Assembly: GCF_964355755.1 (NCBI RefSeq)
Contig: NC_092676.1
Coordinates: forward strand, 22,400,871 to 22,464,870
Direction of reading: 5' to 3'
Length of the DNA: 64,000 bases
DNA from: Antedon mediterranea
Taxonomy: Eukaryota; Animalia; Echinodermata
The position numbers were made by a program, and so were the translations under genes. Position 1 is the stretch's first letter. Every line of letters begins with the position of its first letter. Of this stretch, positions 13,840 to 27,400 are shown in pieces. The notes beneath the pieces were generated by a model. That model ran no database searches and had not been told where the DNA came from. It worked only from the letters and a program-made list of their open reading frames with translations.

Positions 13840-14030
13840 TTTGTTTGTTGTAGCGTTTGTAGGCAAATTACTCAACTGCTATAGACATTATAAAAGGTGG
13901 CGACATTTACAAATCATGTGATTTACTCTCTGCCATACTTCGCTATTTCTTTTTTGCGTAAGAGCTGGGTGGTGTAAAAAATCCCGTAAATTGACACTTT
14001 TTGGGAGCTCAAACTCATTTAAAAAAAGCG
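13840..14030. promoter_or_regulatory. Probable bidirectional promoter of SF3A1 and ATP6V1C, with M-box TCATGTGA at 13914-13921
   Basis: The genes are head-to-head. Candidate 5'UTR donors face outwards (minus GTAAGT at about 13838, plus GTAAGG at about 14030). TCATGTGA is a MiT/TFE-type E-box. Confidence 0.55.
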
Positions 14031-14382
14031 TAAGGAAATCCTAAAATATAATTATTTTTATCTTTTATTTACTATAAATTTAGAATAATTTATCTTCTTT
14101 TATACAGCAGATAAAAGCTAGGCCCTTACTCTAGTCATTTTAGTTATGCTAGCCTCTGAGCTAGGCAGGAATCTGGCTGGTCGTAGAGTAGTACAGTAGG
14201 CCTAGGCCGGGTGCCTATTAAGTGAGATTTACAGGACAGGCGAGAGAAGAGATGATTGTCTAGTAGTGTGTGGATGTGTGACAGACGAACAGTTAGGGTA
14301 ACTAAGAAAAATTGGTCAATACATAATATAATATTAATACTAAATAGTTTTACTGCACATATCATCTTCAATCAGCCCATTA

Positions 14383-14730
14383 TGCACTTGTCAATTGTAT
14401 GACTCACTATACGACCCCCGGGAGAGGTGTGTCATGGGTGCGTCATTTACAAATAATTACTGACGCGTCAAAAAACCTAGATGGTACGTCACATCAATGA
14501 ACAAGGTGCGTCAATGTCCGTCACTTTACCACCCACCATATCATAAACAACATGGTCACATTGCGTCAAAATGGGTGCGTCATGGTCACCTAAAGGTAAG
14601 TCACCTTTTTGACGCACGGGTGCGTCATGGTATTCAAAAGTATGACGCACATCGGACAAATGACGCACCTCTCCCGAGGGTCGTATCTCTCCCGGGTGTC
14701 GTATAGTGGGTCATACAATTGACAAGTGCA
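14383..14730. mobile_element. PIF/Harbinger-type MITE
   Basis: TIR TGCACTTGTCAATTGTATGAC..CACTATACGAC, TTA TSD, internal TGACGCA/TGCGTCA repeats. Confidence 0.8.
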
Positions 14731-15108
14731 TTATAGGCCTACGCCTAGCCTATATAGACCTTGGGACGGTATCGGGCCTGATAGTCTTTGTAGTTTGACC
14801 CAATGTGATAGTCTTTCTAACCATAATTTCACTCTTTCAACTTAATTAGAACTTTCCCTGTTTATTTTAATAGACCTGAACATCCTTAACATTTGTTATT
14901 TTAACTACTGTAGGCCTAGGCGATAACTCAGTTTAAACAGTAATTATCTGTACCGTCATTGCAGTGGCGGTGCATTATGTAATAGTAATACTAATGGAAG
15001 ACAGCCTTTGTAAATTAGTTTTTATATGTGTCTTTTAATTGATGAATTAAATGCAATCTATATCACTGTTTTGATGCGTATAACAATTGAATAAATTTCT
15101 TTCAGAAA

Positions 15109-18100
15109 ATGAGTCAGATAATGAGTGAATTCTGGCTGATCTCGGCTCCTGGCGAGCCAAATGCTCATCAAACATTTGAACGTCTTTGCCAGGCAACTGC
15201 AAATATATCACAGAATAACAAGTTCAACATTCCAGACCTCAAAGTAGGGACCCTTGATGTTCTTGTAGGCCTCTCAGATGACCTTGGGAAGTTAGACACC
15301 TATGTGGAAAGGTAAGGGGGGTTATATGATGTGTTGTAAAGCTATACCTTTAAAAAAAGTGTTGTGGGATGAGGAACATTATTTGAAACGACAATATATC
15401 CACATTTTCTGTTTTACCCACCCTAATCCAACATAGAACAGGTATGAAAAATAAATCTTTTAAAAGTTTGATTTATTTTTATATAATCAAGACTATTTTA
15501 TCAACCTTTATCTTGTTTTTTTTTGTAGTATGGCACACAAAATTGCACATTATCTTGGTGAAGTCCTTGAAAACCAAAAAGCTAAGCTGGCAGAAAATCT
15601 CACAGCAAATGGAGGTAGGTCAAAGTTTAAATCGATAAAAAAAAAAAAAAAAAGCAAATTCACAGACAGAAACGAGACTCTCCCTTTAAACATTTTTTAT
15701 TGTATGACAAAGTTATTCTTTTTTAGTTGAGTTATCTTCTTACCTGATGCGATTTCAGTGGGACATGGCCAAGTACCCCATCAAGCAACCGCTTAAGAAT
15801 ATAACCGAGATTATAAGCAAGGTACAGTGTACATTGTGATGAAGTGCCATTGTTTTGTTTCTATAACATTATTTCCACTTCAAATCATCAGAAATCAGAA
15901 AATATAGGCAAACCTGCAATTTAAGATTAATAAAATTGTTAAACATAGTATTTAAATGGTAGCAGAAGAACTTAATTTTAATAGATCCATGTAATGTAAG
16001 ATATGTGACAATTTTCAGGGCCATAGCCACATGAATTAGTGTGACGTAAGGGTAGCTAGCATACTTGGTTGGAGACCAGTTGTGGGTTTGGGAACCAAAT
16101 TCCTTTGAAAAATTGCATTATGTGGACTCTTTTAGAGATACTAAAATTAATGTTGAAGCATTACCAATCATCAGTTGACTTTTATTAATAAGAACACCAT
16201 ATTTTATTGTCAATAAATTTTTTATTTTATTAAATTGTAAAAGATTATAAAAGAGAACATCAACATAACCCTTCAGTGTGCATAGCCCATATACTTTATC
16301 TTTCTTATTACATAACTTGAATTTTCTTATTTTAGCAAGTCAGTGCTATAGATGCTGACCTAAAGACCAAGGCAAATGCATACAACAGTTTAAAGGGCAA
16401 CTTACAGTCATTAGAAAGGAAAGCAATGTAAGTTATACCTTTATTCTACATTAAAGTTCTGTCTACACTATAAAAATTAGTTTTATTAAAAAAGTCTGAT
16501 GTTCCCAAATACGGTAGTATAATAATATATCCTCGTGTCCATATATGGGCACATCACATACAGTTTTATAGTGTAGACAGAGATTATTTTAAATTGATGT
16601 GTTTTCATTTATTTGTAGTGGTAGCCTGCTAACAAGAAACTTGGGAGATCTGGTGAAGAAAGAAGACTTTGTAACAAATTCAGAATATTTAACAACTTTA
16701 TTAGTTGTAGTTCAAAAGTATGTTACTTTGTTTTTATAATACTATTACAGTATATTGGATCTGATATGATATAATGATATGACTAATTATGCATGTACTG
16801 TACAGTGCTGCACATGAGCATAAATAGACAACTATGTGCATACAGTAGGTAGATCGATTTAGGCTTGGCGTAGTGTACCTGTCTACCTACTATGCCCAGC
16901 TCAACTATGTGCATACAGTAGGTAGATCGATTTAGGCTTGGCGGAGTGTACCTGTCTACCTACTATGCCCAGCTCAACTATGTGCATACAGTAGGTAGAT
17001 CGATTTAGGCTTGGCGGATTGTACCTGTCTACCTACTATGCCCAGCTCAACTATGTGCATACCGTAGGTAGATCAATTTAGGCTTGGCGGAGTGTACCTG
17101 TCTACCTACTATGCCCAGCTCAACTATGTGCATACCTTAGGTAGATCGATTTAGGCTTGGCGGAGTGTACCTGTCTACCTACTATGCCCAGCTCAACTAT
17201 GTGCATACAGTAGGTAGATCGATTTAGGCTTGGCGGAGTGTACCTGTCTACCTACTATGCCCAGCTCAATTATGTGCATACAGTAGGTAGATCGATTTAG
17301 GCTTGGTGGAGTGTACCTGTCTACCTACTATGCCCAGCTCAATTATCAAAATAAAAAAAAAAGACAGTGAATGAACTCACTTTTGGCTAAAGCTTGGCAA
17401 TTTGCCTAAATGGAGAATGGTTAACCATCTGATAACCATTGTGGTGTCATCATTGTATATATTTTCTAAGGGCCTGTTTCTGCTGCATACAAATAACCGG
17501 TGGAAATCGGTGTGAATGAATTAACTCCATTTTCTTGGGAGCAGAAACAGGACAAATTTGTGGTAAACGGTTAAAAACACCCATTCAATTCGGTGTTAGA
17601 ACACCATTTAACCGGTTTTCGCTGGGAAACTTTTAGCTGCAACACAAAGTAACGGTTATTTGATTGACAGCTGCTGACTATCAACTACACGGCAGTAACG
17701 TTTGAATTAACCGCCAGGACCAATTGCATTTTGGTTAATTCTAACGATTTTTGTCAACGACCACCCATTGATTTAATAAGTTATTTCGGAGCAAAAACAG
17801 TTTTTGTTATTTTTAATCTATTTTAAAATAAACGGTTAATTTGCGTTATTCAGCAGAAACAGACCCTAAATGTTTGTAATTCCTACTAATTAATTCCAAA
17901 TGCTTGCTTATATTTACAGTGGTGCTGTAAATGACTGGGTTTCAAAATATGAAGGACTTGCTGACATGGTAGTTCCAAGGTCATCAAAGTAAGTCATTAT
18001 TGAACTTAATACTGTATGCCATGTGCTGATCCTATTGTTTTTAAAACAAAAGTCAAGAGCTATTAATAGATTAAGAGGGTGGAGAGGGGAGAGTAGGATG

Positions 18101-21100
18101 TATCCATTTACTTAAGCTCTATCTTCACTATTAAACTTTATGTGACAAAAAAATGTGACGTGCCCATATATGGACATGTTGATGTCATATCACTACCATA
18201 TTTAAGTATATCACTAACATAATGGTGAATAAAGTTTGATAGTGTAGACAGAGCTTCAAATTGCTCTGTCTGTCTTGAGAATTTTTTCCTACAAGATTTT
18301 ATCTCACATTAAGGAAGGTTGATGGTACACCATGTGTTTCAAATGAATATAGTAAAGTATGCTTGAGATCTTCATGACAACAACAACTAATGCACATGTA
18401 CCAAAATAACTATCCTGTAATATAATTGCTGGATGAAATTTTGTTTCAGAAAAATATATGAAGATAACGAGCATTCGTTATTCACAGTATCACTTTTCAA
18501 GAAAGTTGTTGATGAGTACAAGCTACATGCAAGAGAAAACAGGTGAATACTTGTGTTTTAAAAGTTCTGTTAATTCAATAGGATTAAAAAACTAGAAGAG
18601 CACTCGGTAGAAACCTCTGCCTAGGCCTATGAAAATTTAATGATGTGTTTCCATATGAAGCCATGCTTTAAAATCTTATGAAAATTGGGCAATAACTTTT
18701 TGAGTTATCCTGCTAACTAACATAGAAAGAAAGAAATAAAAACAAGCACACGCTATCGATCAGATAACCTCTCGCCATTCTGGCAGAGGTAATAAAGGAA
18801 CAACAGTAAGATGGTCTGTTTTGTTTTTTAGATTTACAGTCAGGGATTTCACCTACAATGAAGCTGAATTAACAGCAGGAAAGAACGAACTGAACAAACT
18901 AGCAGCAGACAAGAAAAAACAATTTGTAAGTTTTTTTTTACGTAATAATAATGCGTTGACCTTCACTTTGGAAATTAAGCTTCCCCTACCTTACTGCAAC
19001 TCACATTAGAGGTTCACAAGATATACACAAGATGCTCTACATAAACAAAGTCTTATTACAAGTCTTTGGGAGGGGAGTTGTAATTTTGTCCTTAGAAAAA
19101 AATCCTGACATGTGACGGGACTTCAACCCAGTGGTAGCATCATAACCACCAAGCCACAACTCCACTCCATTAAAATAAATCATTGCAACATATTAATTTT
19201 AAATCTTTATTTTTACAGGGTCCTTTAGTACGATGGTTGAAAATCAACTTTAGTGAAGTTTTTATGGCTTGGATTCATGTTAAAGCGCTACGAGTGTTTG
19301 TAGAATCAGTTTTAAGGTACTGTAATTAAAACAAAATTTATCATATGTTTTAGGAAAAAGAAACTCAACCACCCAGTGTTATTGTTAAAATAAATAATAA
19401 TGTAAAATGGTTAACATGAAGATCTGTGAGAATATTGAGAATCCTTTACATTATTGTTGGCGTTTTATTATTAATAGGTATGGACTCCCAGTAAACTTTC
19501 AGGGGATGCTTATTCAACCGTACAAAAAGACACAACGAAGATTGAGAGAAGTTCTACAACAGAAATATGGTCATCTGGATGGGAGCAGTGTTGGTGCATC
19601 TGAGGTATTGAAAGGTTTAGGTTCAGTCCAATGTGTGTGTTATGCGCGATTTGAACGATTTGCGCAATTTGAAATTGCGCAAAAAATTCCTTGCGCAATT
19701 TGAAATTGCGCAAAGAATTCTTGCGCAATTTCAAATTGCGCACGGATTTTCTTGCGCAATATTAAATTGCGCAATCAACTTGCGCAATATCAAATTGCGC
19801 AAGAAAATCCTTGCGCAATTTCAAATTGCGCTGCACAATTTGTAAAATTGTCAAATTGCGCAGCAGAATTCTACCAGAATGCGTGCTAACGTCGACGATC
19901 GGTTAACAATAATAATTACGGTGGCCCACAACTGTCACGCACACTATAACACAGAATCACACAATTAAAGAAGGAATTACACAATTAAAGAAGGAATCAC
20001 ACAATTAAAGAAGAAATCGCATATAAACAAAAGAAAGCATGCAAATATAAAACGAAATGCACAAATAAAGAAGAAACGCGCAATTAAAGAAGAGCTAAGC
20101 ACAATTAAAGAAGTCCGCAACATATTCGAAAGCTCCTCGCGCAATTAAGGAAGTCCGCAACAAATTTGAAAGCTCCTCGCACAATTAAAGAAGTCCGCAA
20201 CAAATTCGAAAGTACCTCGCACAATTAAAGTACAGTAGTCCGTATGGAACGCCATCGCTGCCTCCGGCAGTAAACTTTAATTCTATTCGGCTCTTTTACC
20301 ATTACGTTCGGCTCTTTAGCATTCGGCGCATTTCTATTCGGCCCATTTACCATTACGTTCGGCTCTTTCAGCATTCGGCGCATTTCTATTTGGCCCATTT
20401 ACCATTACGTTCGGCTCTTTTTAATTCGGCTCTTTCTGCATTACCTTCGGCTCTTTTAGATTTGGCCCTTTTTTATACGGCCCAATTAAATTCTAATCTT
20501 TTACATGGGGTCAAATGGAAGAAAATCAACGGCTGGAAATGAGTCTATGAAAAGTTTACAAAACATATAGATGCAGCATGTAGAGTGTTTGGTTGGTTGA
20601 ATTAAATGAATGAATTTGAAGGCTATAATCATTTTATTGACATGATTAATGTGTTAGAGAACTTGCAATTGTCCCACCTTATTGAACATTTTGAGAGAGA
20701 AAAGGTTTGATTTGTGGCCTAGGCTAGCTAGGCCTAGCCTAGTGCCAGCCTAACATTTAATAATAATAATTTACCCTTTTTCTCTCAAAATTTGTTAAAA
20801 GATGAATTAATTTTAGGTTATTCAACACATCTTTAATCGGTTGGCTACTCATGGTTGGCACCATGATGATGACATGTTTGTAAACTTTTCATAGACTAAT
20901 TTTCAGTCGTTGATTTTCTTCCATTTGACCCCATGTCAAAGGTTAGATTTTAATTGCGCCGTATAAAAAAATGCCGATTTAAAAAGAGCCCAACGTAATG
21001 CAGAAAGAGCCGAAATGGTAAATGGGCCGAATAAAAAAGAGCCAAATGCTGAAAGAGCCGAACGTAATGGTAAATGGGCCGAATAAAAAAGAGCCGAATG

Positions 21101-22660
21101 CTGAAAGAGCCGAACGTAATGGTAAATGGGCCAAATCGAATGCGCCGAATGCTGAAAGAGCCGAATAAAAATGCGCCGAATGCTAAAAGAGCCGAACGTA
21201 ATGGTAAAAGAGCCGAATAGAATTAAAGTTTGCTGCCGGAGGCAGCGATGGCGTTCCATAAGGACTACTGTACTTTAATTGTGCGAGGTACTTTCGAATT
21301 TGTTGCGGACTTCTTTAATTGTGCGAGGAGCTTTCGAATTTGTTGCGGACTTCTTTAATTGTGCGAGGAGCTTTCGAATTTGTTGCGGACTTCTTTAATT
21401 GTGCTTAGCTCTTCTTTAATTGCGCGTTTCTTCTTTATTTGTGCATTTCGTTTTATATTTTCATGCTTCCTTTTGTTTATATGTGATTTCTTCTTTAATT
21501 GTGCGATTTCTTCTGTGTTATAGTGTGCGTGACAGTTGTGGGCCACCGTAAATAATAATTTATTCGAAAATAATATTATCACTCATTGTAACTTAAAATA
21601 AATCAAAATAAATGTAAAAATTAAAAAAATTAATGTAGTAATACACAACATAGTCTACCGCCACCAACGTTTAGACTTGCTATCAAAACATAGCCAGTGT
21701 AGTAGGCTAGAGTAGTATTAGCCGCCCGCCGTGCACGTGCCCGCCGGGAACACCACCTTTGTGGTCCTTTGTCGGGTCTTCGACGGTATGCTAACAATAA
21801 CAATATTTTCACTACTACAAAAAATAAGGAAATGCTATATTATCTTTAATTTTGAATCATTCTTAGAAATTACTATAAAAATATGGGTGTGCATGATTTC
21901 ACAATCTGTCGAAAAAAACCTTGCGCAATTTGCAGATTACTTGCGCAATTTAATACGTTGCTTGCACAATTTGAAACAGATGTTTCAATTCAAATTGCGC
22001 AAGGAATTCTTTTGCGCAATTTTAAATTGCACAAATCGTTCAAATCGCGCATAACATGTGCATTCAGTATGACTACCTCCCAACTTGGAAAAAATGAAAT
22101 AATGTCCAAACTATAGAGGGTGATATAACATCAACAACTATATCAAACTATAGAGGGTGCTATTAGCTATAATTGTAGACATATGTATGTCAGACGTGCC
22201 AAATGTGTTGACTCATTTTTCCGCATATTTAACAATTATGAATTTATTATAAACATCATATGGACCGATATTAGTATGTTTTCTATTCTCTTATCAATAT
22301 AAAGAGCCTAGTAGTAGACCTACTGTAGAAATTACACATTTTTTAAAAATAAATTTAGAGAAAAATTTCATTTTAGCACAACAGCAAACCGCCCAAAATA
22401 TCTCGAGGAGATTCCTATGATTATATCAGAAGAGTTGTGATGTCTGAGAATACATTGATATTGATTGCATTCATTGCGATGATATAATAAGTAAAAGTGT
22501 TTGCATGCAAAATAAGTGTGTAGAAATTTTAAATTACCTCATAATAATTTTCTCTTTTCTTCAGACGGTCCTTGACATACCAGGCATGACAATGGCTCAA
22601 CAGCAATATTACCCGTACGTGTATTACCCAATTGAAATTAACTTTTGGGACAGGACGTGA
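15109..22660 (+). CDS. ATP6V1C1: V-type proton ATPase subunit C, 11 coding exons, 383 aa
   Basis: Exons 15109-15311, 15529-15614, 15727-15821, 16336-16427, 16619-16717, 17920-17988, 18450-18542, 18832-18925, 19219-19316, 19478-19604 and 22565-22660 sum to 1152 nt in frame. Motifs: [74 protein letters not shown]. Confidence 0.97.
16454..16583. mobile_element. Short MITE (~130-140 bp); second copy at 18115-18255
   Basis: TIR CTGTCTACACTAT / ATAGTGTAGACAG. Both copies share an internal CCATATATGG core in opposite orientations. Confidence 0.65.
16829..17346. repeat. 73-bp minisatellite, 7 copies, each with an internal hairpin
   Basis: Unit starts at 16829, 16902, 16975, 17048, 17121, 17194 and 17267. 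GCATACAGTAGGTAGA pairs with TCTACCTACTATGC within each unit. Confidence 0.95.
17470..17866. mobile_element. PIF/Harbinger-type MITE
   Basis: TIR GGGCCTGTTTCTGCTG / CAGCAGAAACAGACCC with a TAA TSD. A related decayed copy lies near 8850-9050. Confidence 0.8.
19638..22056. mobile_element. Non-autonomous TIR element (TGT..ACA termini, 4-bp TSD; Ginger-like) with TTGCGCAA subterminal arrays
   Basis: TIR TGTTATGCGCGATTTGAACGATTTG / CAAATCGTTCAAATCGCGCATAACA, TSD TGTG. The empty site is visible in the duplicate at about 41570 (AATGCGTGCATT). Confidence 0.8.
19917..21550. mobile_element. Nested 1.6-kb foldback element, IS3EU-like (TACGG..CCGTA)
   Basis: Inverted arms of at least 650 bp contain internal ~39-bp and ~43-bp tandem subrepeats. 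The flanking duplication AATAAT(AAT) is consistent with a 6-bp TSD. Confidence 0.8.
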
Positions 22661-24317
22661 AGATAATTCATCGCGCTCATTATGCAATAATAGGGTATTT
22701 TTAAATTGGATAAATAATAGGTGAAATAAAATTGTAAGGGTGGGTGTATGTGTATAATGTGGTGTTTAGTAGATGGTTATAGATTGTAATAGGGACTTTT
22801 TGGTCAACAGCTTCAACCTTAAGTTGTAACAACATGCATTATGTATGCTCCGCCCATTTATGCAGATTTGGAAAGACCTTGAATTCAAATAAATTTCAAT
22901 TAGTAAGCGATGGATCTGATTGGCCGCATTACTTGCATTGCTTGTATGTTTTTGCGCTACATTGTGTGAAACCAAGCTTAAAAGTTCTAACTTTTATGCT
23001 AGCAAAGTTGTTGCATATCATTAGTGATACTAAGTGATACTAATCGCGTAATATTTGATGAAAAGTGTTTCGCGAAAAGATGAAAACTAGAGAGCTTAAC
23101 AAAACACAATTTAAGATTGAGGAAATTTTCATTTAGATTTTTTATTTGCAGTGCCCGCAATTAAAAGGTGTAGTTTAATTATAACCATGTCAATTTACTA
23201 GTATATTAAAGCTAAAACATTATTCACTTAATAAAAACGCAAAATCCATTTCACATTACATGTGTGTATATGTGTGAACACAAGTTAAGTTGAGGATCAA
23301 AAAGTCTGTAATAAATATTAAAGTAAATCTATTAAATATAAATACTTGTTCTGTATATAAAATGCTTTATGAATTCATTTTAATATATTATATATAAAAG
23401 GTATATAAATAAGTAAGTTAATTGTACTAAATTTCTTTAAATATTACATCTAGTCATGTTTTGTGGTAAACCATTTTCTGTTGCTTCTTCTCAGACTAGA
23501 TTCTAGATGGTGATTAAGATTCAGCTTAATATTCATAAAAAGTTTGTCACACATGGCTTGTCATACTATACTTGAGCTGAAATTAATTCATCTTCATAAA
23601 AACTGCCGCTAGTGGCGCTATGTAAAAAGAAACAATTCTTGAAGATTTATAGCAGAATTAAATACAAAATAAAAAAAACCAAAAATAAATTTCTCTGAAG
23701 TTTGATTTAAATTACAAGTAAATATGTTATGCTCATTTCGTTCAAGCCGCACATCAATTATGCAAATCAATTACGCTTGTTGAAAATCACCATCAAATTA
23801 ATTTATTTTGTGTTGCCAAATCACGGTGTATCATACAATTCCGGTTATTGAGTCCTTGCACATTACGCCCAAGAATACATTAAGTTGAATGATATAAGAA
23901 ATTAAAAATGTATTTAGAATGTATTTAAGTATTGTAGATTGTAGAATACAAAATATATGAGTAACATTCCATATCTAAAACTATAGTAAATAATATTTAC
24001 GTGTAGGCTACTAAATTGTTACTCGATGTCTGTTACTATCGAACAGTTTCCCAACGGAATATACTTATATTTATCATATATTGTGGAATATAATAAATGA
24101 CAAGTTAAAAGTTTTTTCAGTTCTTTTTTTTTCAGATTTTCTGTTGTATAAATAAGTTTTTTGGTTTCTTTGTTTTGTTTTATATATATATACTGTAGGC
24201 TTATATTAAAGCACTCTTCCCTGATTAAAGCAAGTTATATAACAAAGTAATAATTACAAACAATGAAACTTTGATTTAAACATTAAATACATTTTAAAAA
24301 GTACACATAGAATTTAC

Positions 24318-24424
24318 ATCACACATGGGATCAACAAATCACACATGGGATTAACGAATCACACATGGGATCAACGAATCACACATGGGATCAACGAATC
24401 ACACATGGGATTAACAAATCACAT
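24318..24424. repeat. 20-bp tandem repeat abutting the GPCR stop codon (5 copies; 6 copies at 44953-45079)
   Basis: TCACACATGGGAT(C/T)AAC(G/A)AA repeated. Confidence 0.9.
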
Positions 24425-27400
24425 AGGCCTAAGTGGAATTTGTGTAACTGCCGGTTGCCGTACTTTGCATTTAAACATATAGACGATTGTATAAAGATAA
24501 GGATTGACTGAGGAGTTTATAGGGATGATGAATGTCGCTGCCCAAACATATATGTCATCAGGAATCCTCATCCAATCCATCTCAGAACCAATTGCCATTA
24601 CTATAATCGGACCCCAGCAACAGAAATCAGTGAAAACTATTAACCCTAGTTTTCGAGCCATTTTCAGTTGCTCCTTTCTCATCTGCCGTCTGTTTACAGT
24701 GGCACCCGATCTTTTAACGGATAAGAAAATCATGAGGTAACTCACTGCAATTACGACAAATCCGATTCCATTAAATGCAACAAAAATGGTTATAGCATAC
24801 TCCCAACCTGGCCACCGACTTCTGGTTAGAGGTAATGCCAGGCAAACACTTTCTTTTCCGTAATAGTTATCGCTAAAGTACGATATTTCAGCAAATTTTA
24901 GTTTATTTACTGCTGGAAGAAAACTCAGGACAATCCAGAACAACCATGCGAATGCGAGTATAATTTTACACTTTTTACTATTGAGACGATTTGTACTGAA
25001 TGGATAAACGATGTTAACAGCACGGTCAATGCTCAGCATCATCAGTGTGAACACTGAGCATTGCCCAGAGAGAGTAGAAATAGCCCCGGCGAAGCTGCAA
25101 AGGAAACTCTTCTTCCACTCTCTTGCAACTTCAGAATACCTTCCTCTGTAATGTATGTCTGCACTTGAAATGATGATCAGATAGACTGCCATCAGCATGT
25201 CCGACGCGGCAAGGTTAGTGATAAGAATGGTTTGAACTTTGTTAACATTGTTATTGTTACCTGTCTTGTCCTTTTTCAATCGTCTAGATATGATGACAAC
25301 TGAATTACCAATGATGGATGATATTCCAATTATCATCATTAAAACACGGAGATGTTTACTTTTTAGTAGATCTTCACAAGAAGCAAATGCATCAACAGGT
25401 TCGCATTTATCAATAACACCAACAAGACAACACAGGCGAGAGAAATCCGAGTACCTGTTAAATTAATTGTAAATAGTTAATAAGTTTAGTGATTTCGACT
25501 TTTGGAAAATAAATGTTGTGAGAATACATTAAAATATTGTACATATTAAACCTCTAAAAATTTACAGTAAACATTATCAAAATCAGTTTAAAAATCACTT
25601 TAAACAGGATTGTCGTGATATGAAGCCCCATGGATATATCATGGATAAAAAATAGTCGGCATCTCGCACATACAACACATTATCTCGTATGTATGACTTT
25701 CTTGTACGTACATTTTATTATCTCGTATGCCTATATGTACAACTTATTATTATCTCATACGTACAACTTATTATTATCTCATACGTACAACTTATTATTA
25801 TCTCATACGTACAACTTATCATTATCTCATACGTACAACTTATTATTATCTCATACGTACAACTTATTATTATCTCATACGTACAACTTATTATTATCTC
25901 ATACAACTTATTATTTCAAGCTTATTAAGAGTAACTTGGAAATTTGGTTGAATTTCAAAGAAAACTAATTTTATTTATTTAATTTGAATCCAGCTAGCAC
26001 GTGACAATTTCAGAATGAGATGAAGGTCTACAGATGTGACACTGTTTTGACCAATGATAACATACTTGTGAACCTAGTGCCACTAATAAATTATAGTTGC
26101 AATAAATAATTTCAATATATTATGAAGACTAGAGGGTCAATTGGTCGTCGAGCTAAAGAGCCACCAATTATTAGTATAAGTACGAGGCTGACTCCTAGTT
26201 CTGGTGGTGGGTTCTTGGGTAAGGACTATAGACAGTAGGTCCAGTGTACATGTTTGTCCATCTGCACTTAAAGAATTCAATTTGGGATGAGTAGGGGGTT
26301 ACACCAGTGTACCGATTCATAAAATAGCCTCTGTAGCACCTATATATCTGATAGCTATACAATAATAAAAATAAAATAAATAATATATAACTACAACAAT
26401 AATATTTGTCATGGCGTATATGCAGGTATATCATTACTTACAATTCTTTTAAGTTTGTTAATTTTTCAAACGTCCTATCTCTGTACACCTGTAAGTTGTT
26501 ACCACTTAAATATCTAAAAAAGTAATAGACGGAAAACAAAAATAGAATAAGGTGTTGTAACGGTTTGTATAAGGCTGGTTGCAAATTTCCTCATTTTGAT
26601 TTGAATTAGTAAATTCAATTTCTTCTTTAGATTTTTAACAACTCATTATTTTTCTTTCACACTTTTTATTCTCTTTGTTTTCATTAGCATTTTCTTAATT
26701 TGCTTATTTTTACAAAAACCCTTGAAATAAGTCTGATGACTTTCATGGTCCTAATTGTACCTATTCTGTTTGTCCTTGTCTGTTTCTCATTGTTATTTGA
26801 TGTAGTTAAGTTTAAATTTGATAAATAAAGGAGATTATAGAAAATAATTAGTAGAGTAGAATTTTAAATGATTGGAGTATGTATAATATAATATAATTCA
26901 ATTTAAACTATGTTTCAAAATTTTTCAATGCTTAAAAAAACAGTAATATGAATAAACCTTTTGTTCTGTACACAGAAATACTGAACATTTTGAAAACTAC
27001 AATGTTGTTTGATATTATTTCATCAATTACATCTTTTATCTTTTTTATCTTTTATCGCAATCAATTCATAAAAATGAAAACCAAATAATCATACAGTTCA
27101 TGCATAAATGAAACTGCATAAGAAATATATAGTGTAACTTACAGACGATATGAATTATATAGATGCCACACCTTAAGCCTGTTTTCCTGTCGACGTTATT
27201 CGACGCTATCGTCGTTGATCGTTAACGATCGTTTGAAAACGATCAAGTTGAAATGACAACGATAGCGAGTACCTTTTGCTGTAAATCGTTAACATTTCAA
27301 TGTTAACGTAGAAGATCGCCGATTATTGTTAACGATACCGTCGAATAACGTTGACAGGAAAACAGGCTTTACATGAGAAGTACTCAAAGTATTCTTAAAT

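Noticed and set aside
16829-17346. CRISPR-like array or ribozyme array
   Set aside because: The units are wholly repeated with no unique spacers, there are no cas genes, the context is a eukaryotic intron, and no ribozyme core motif is present.
19633-22116. Several 60-107 aa ORFs in the last ATP6V1C intron
   Set aside because: They derive from repeat-rich transposon arms and show no recognisable domains.
25630-25968. Periodic ORFs
   Set aside because: They come from a 24-bp minisatellite that is absent at this length from the paralog.
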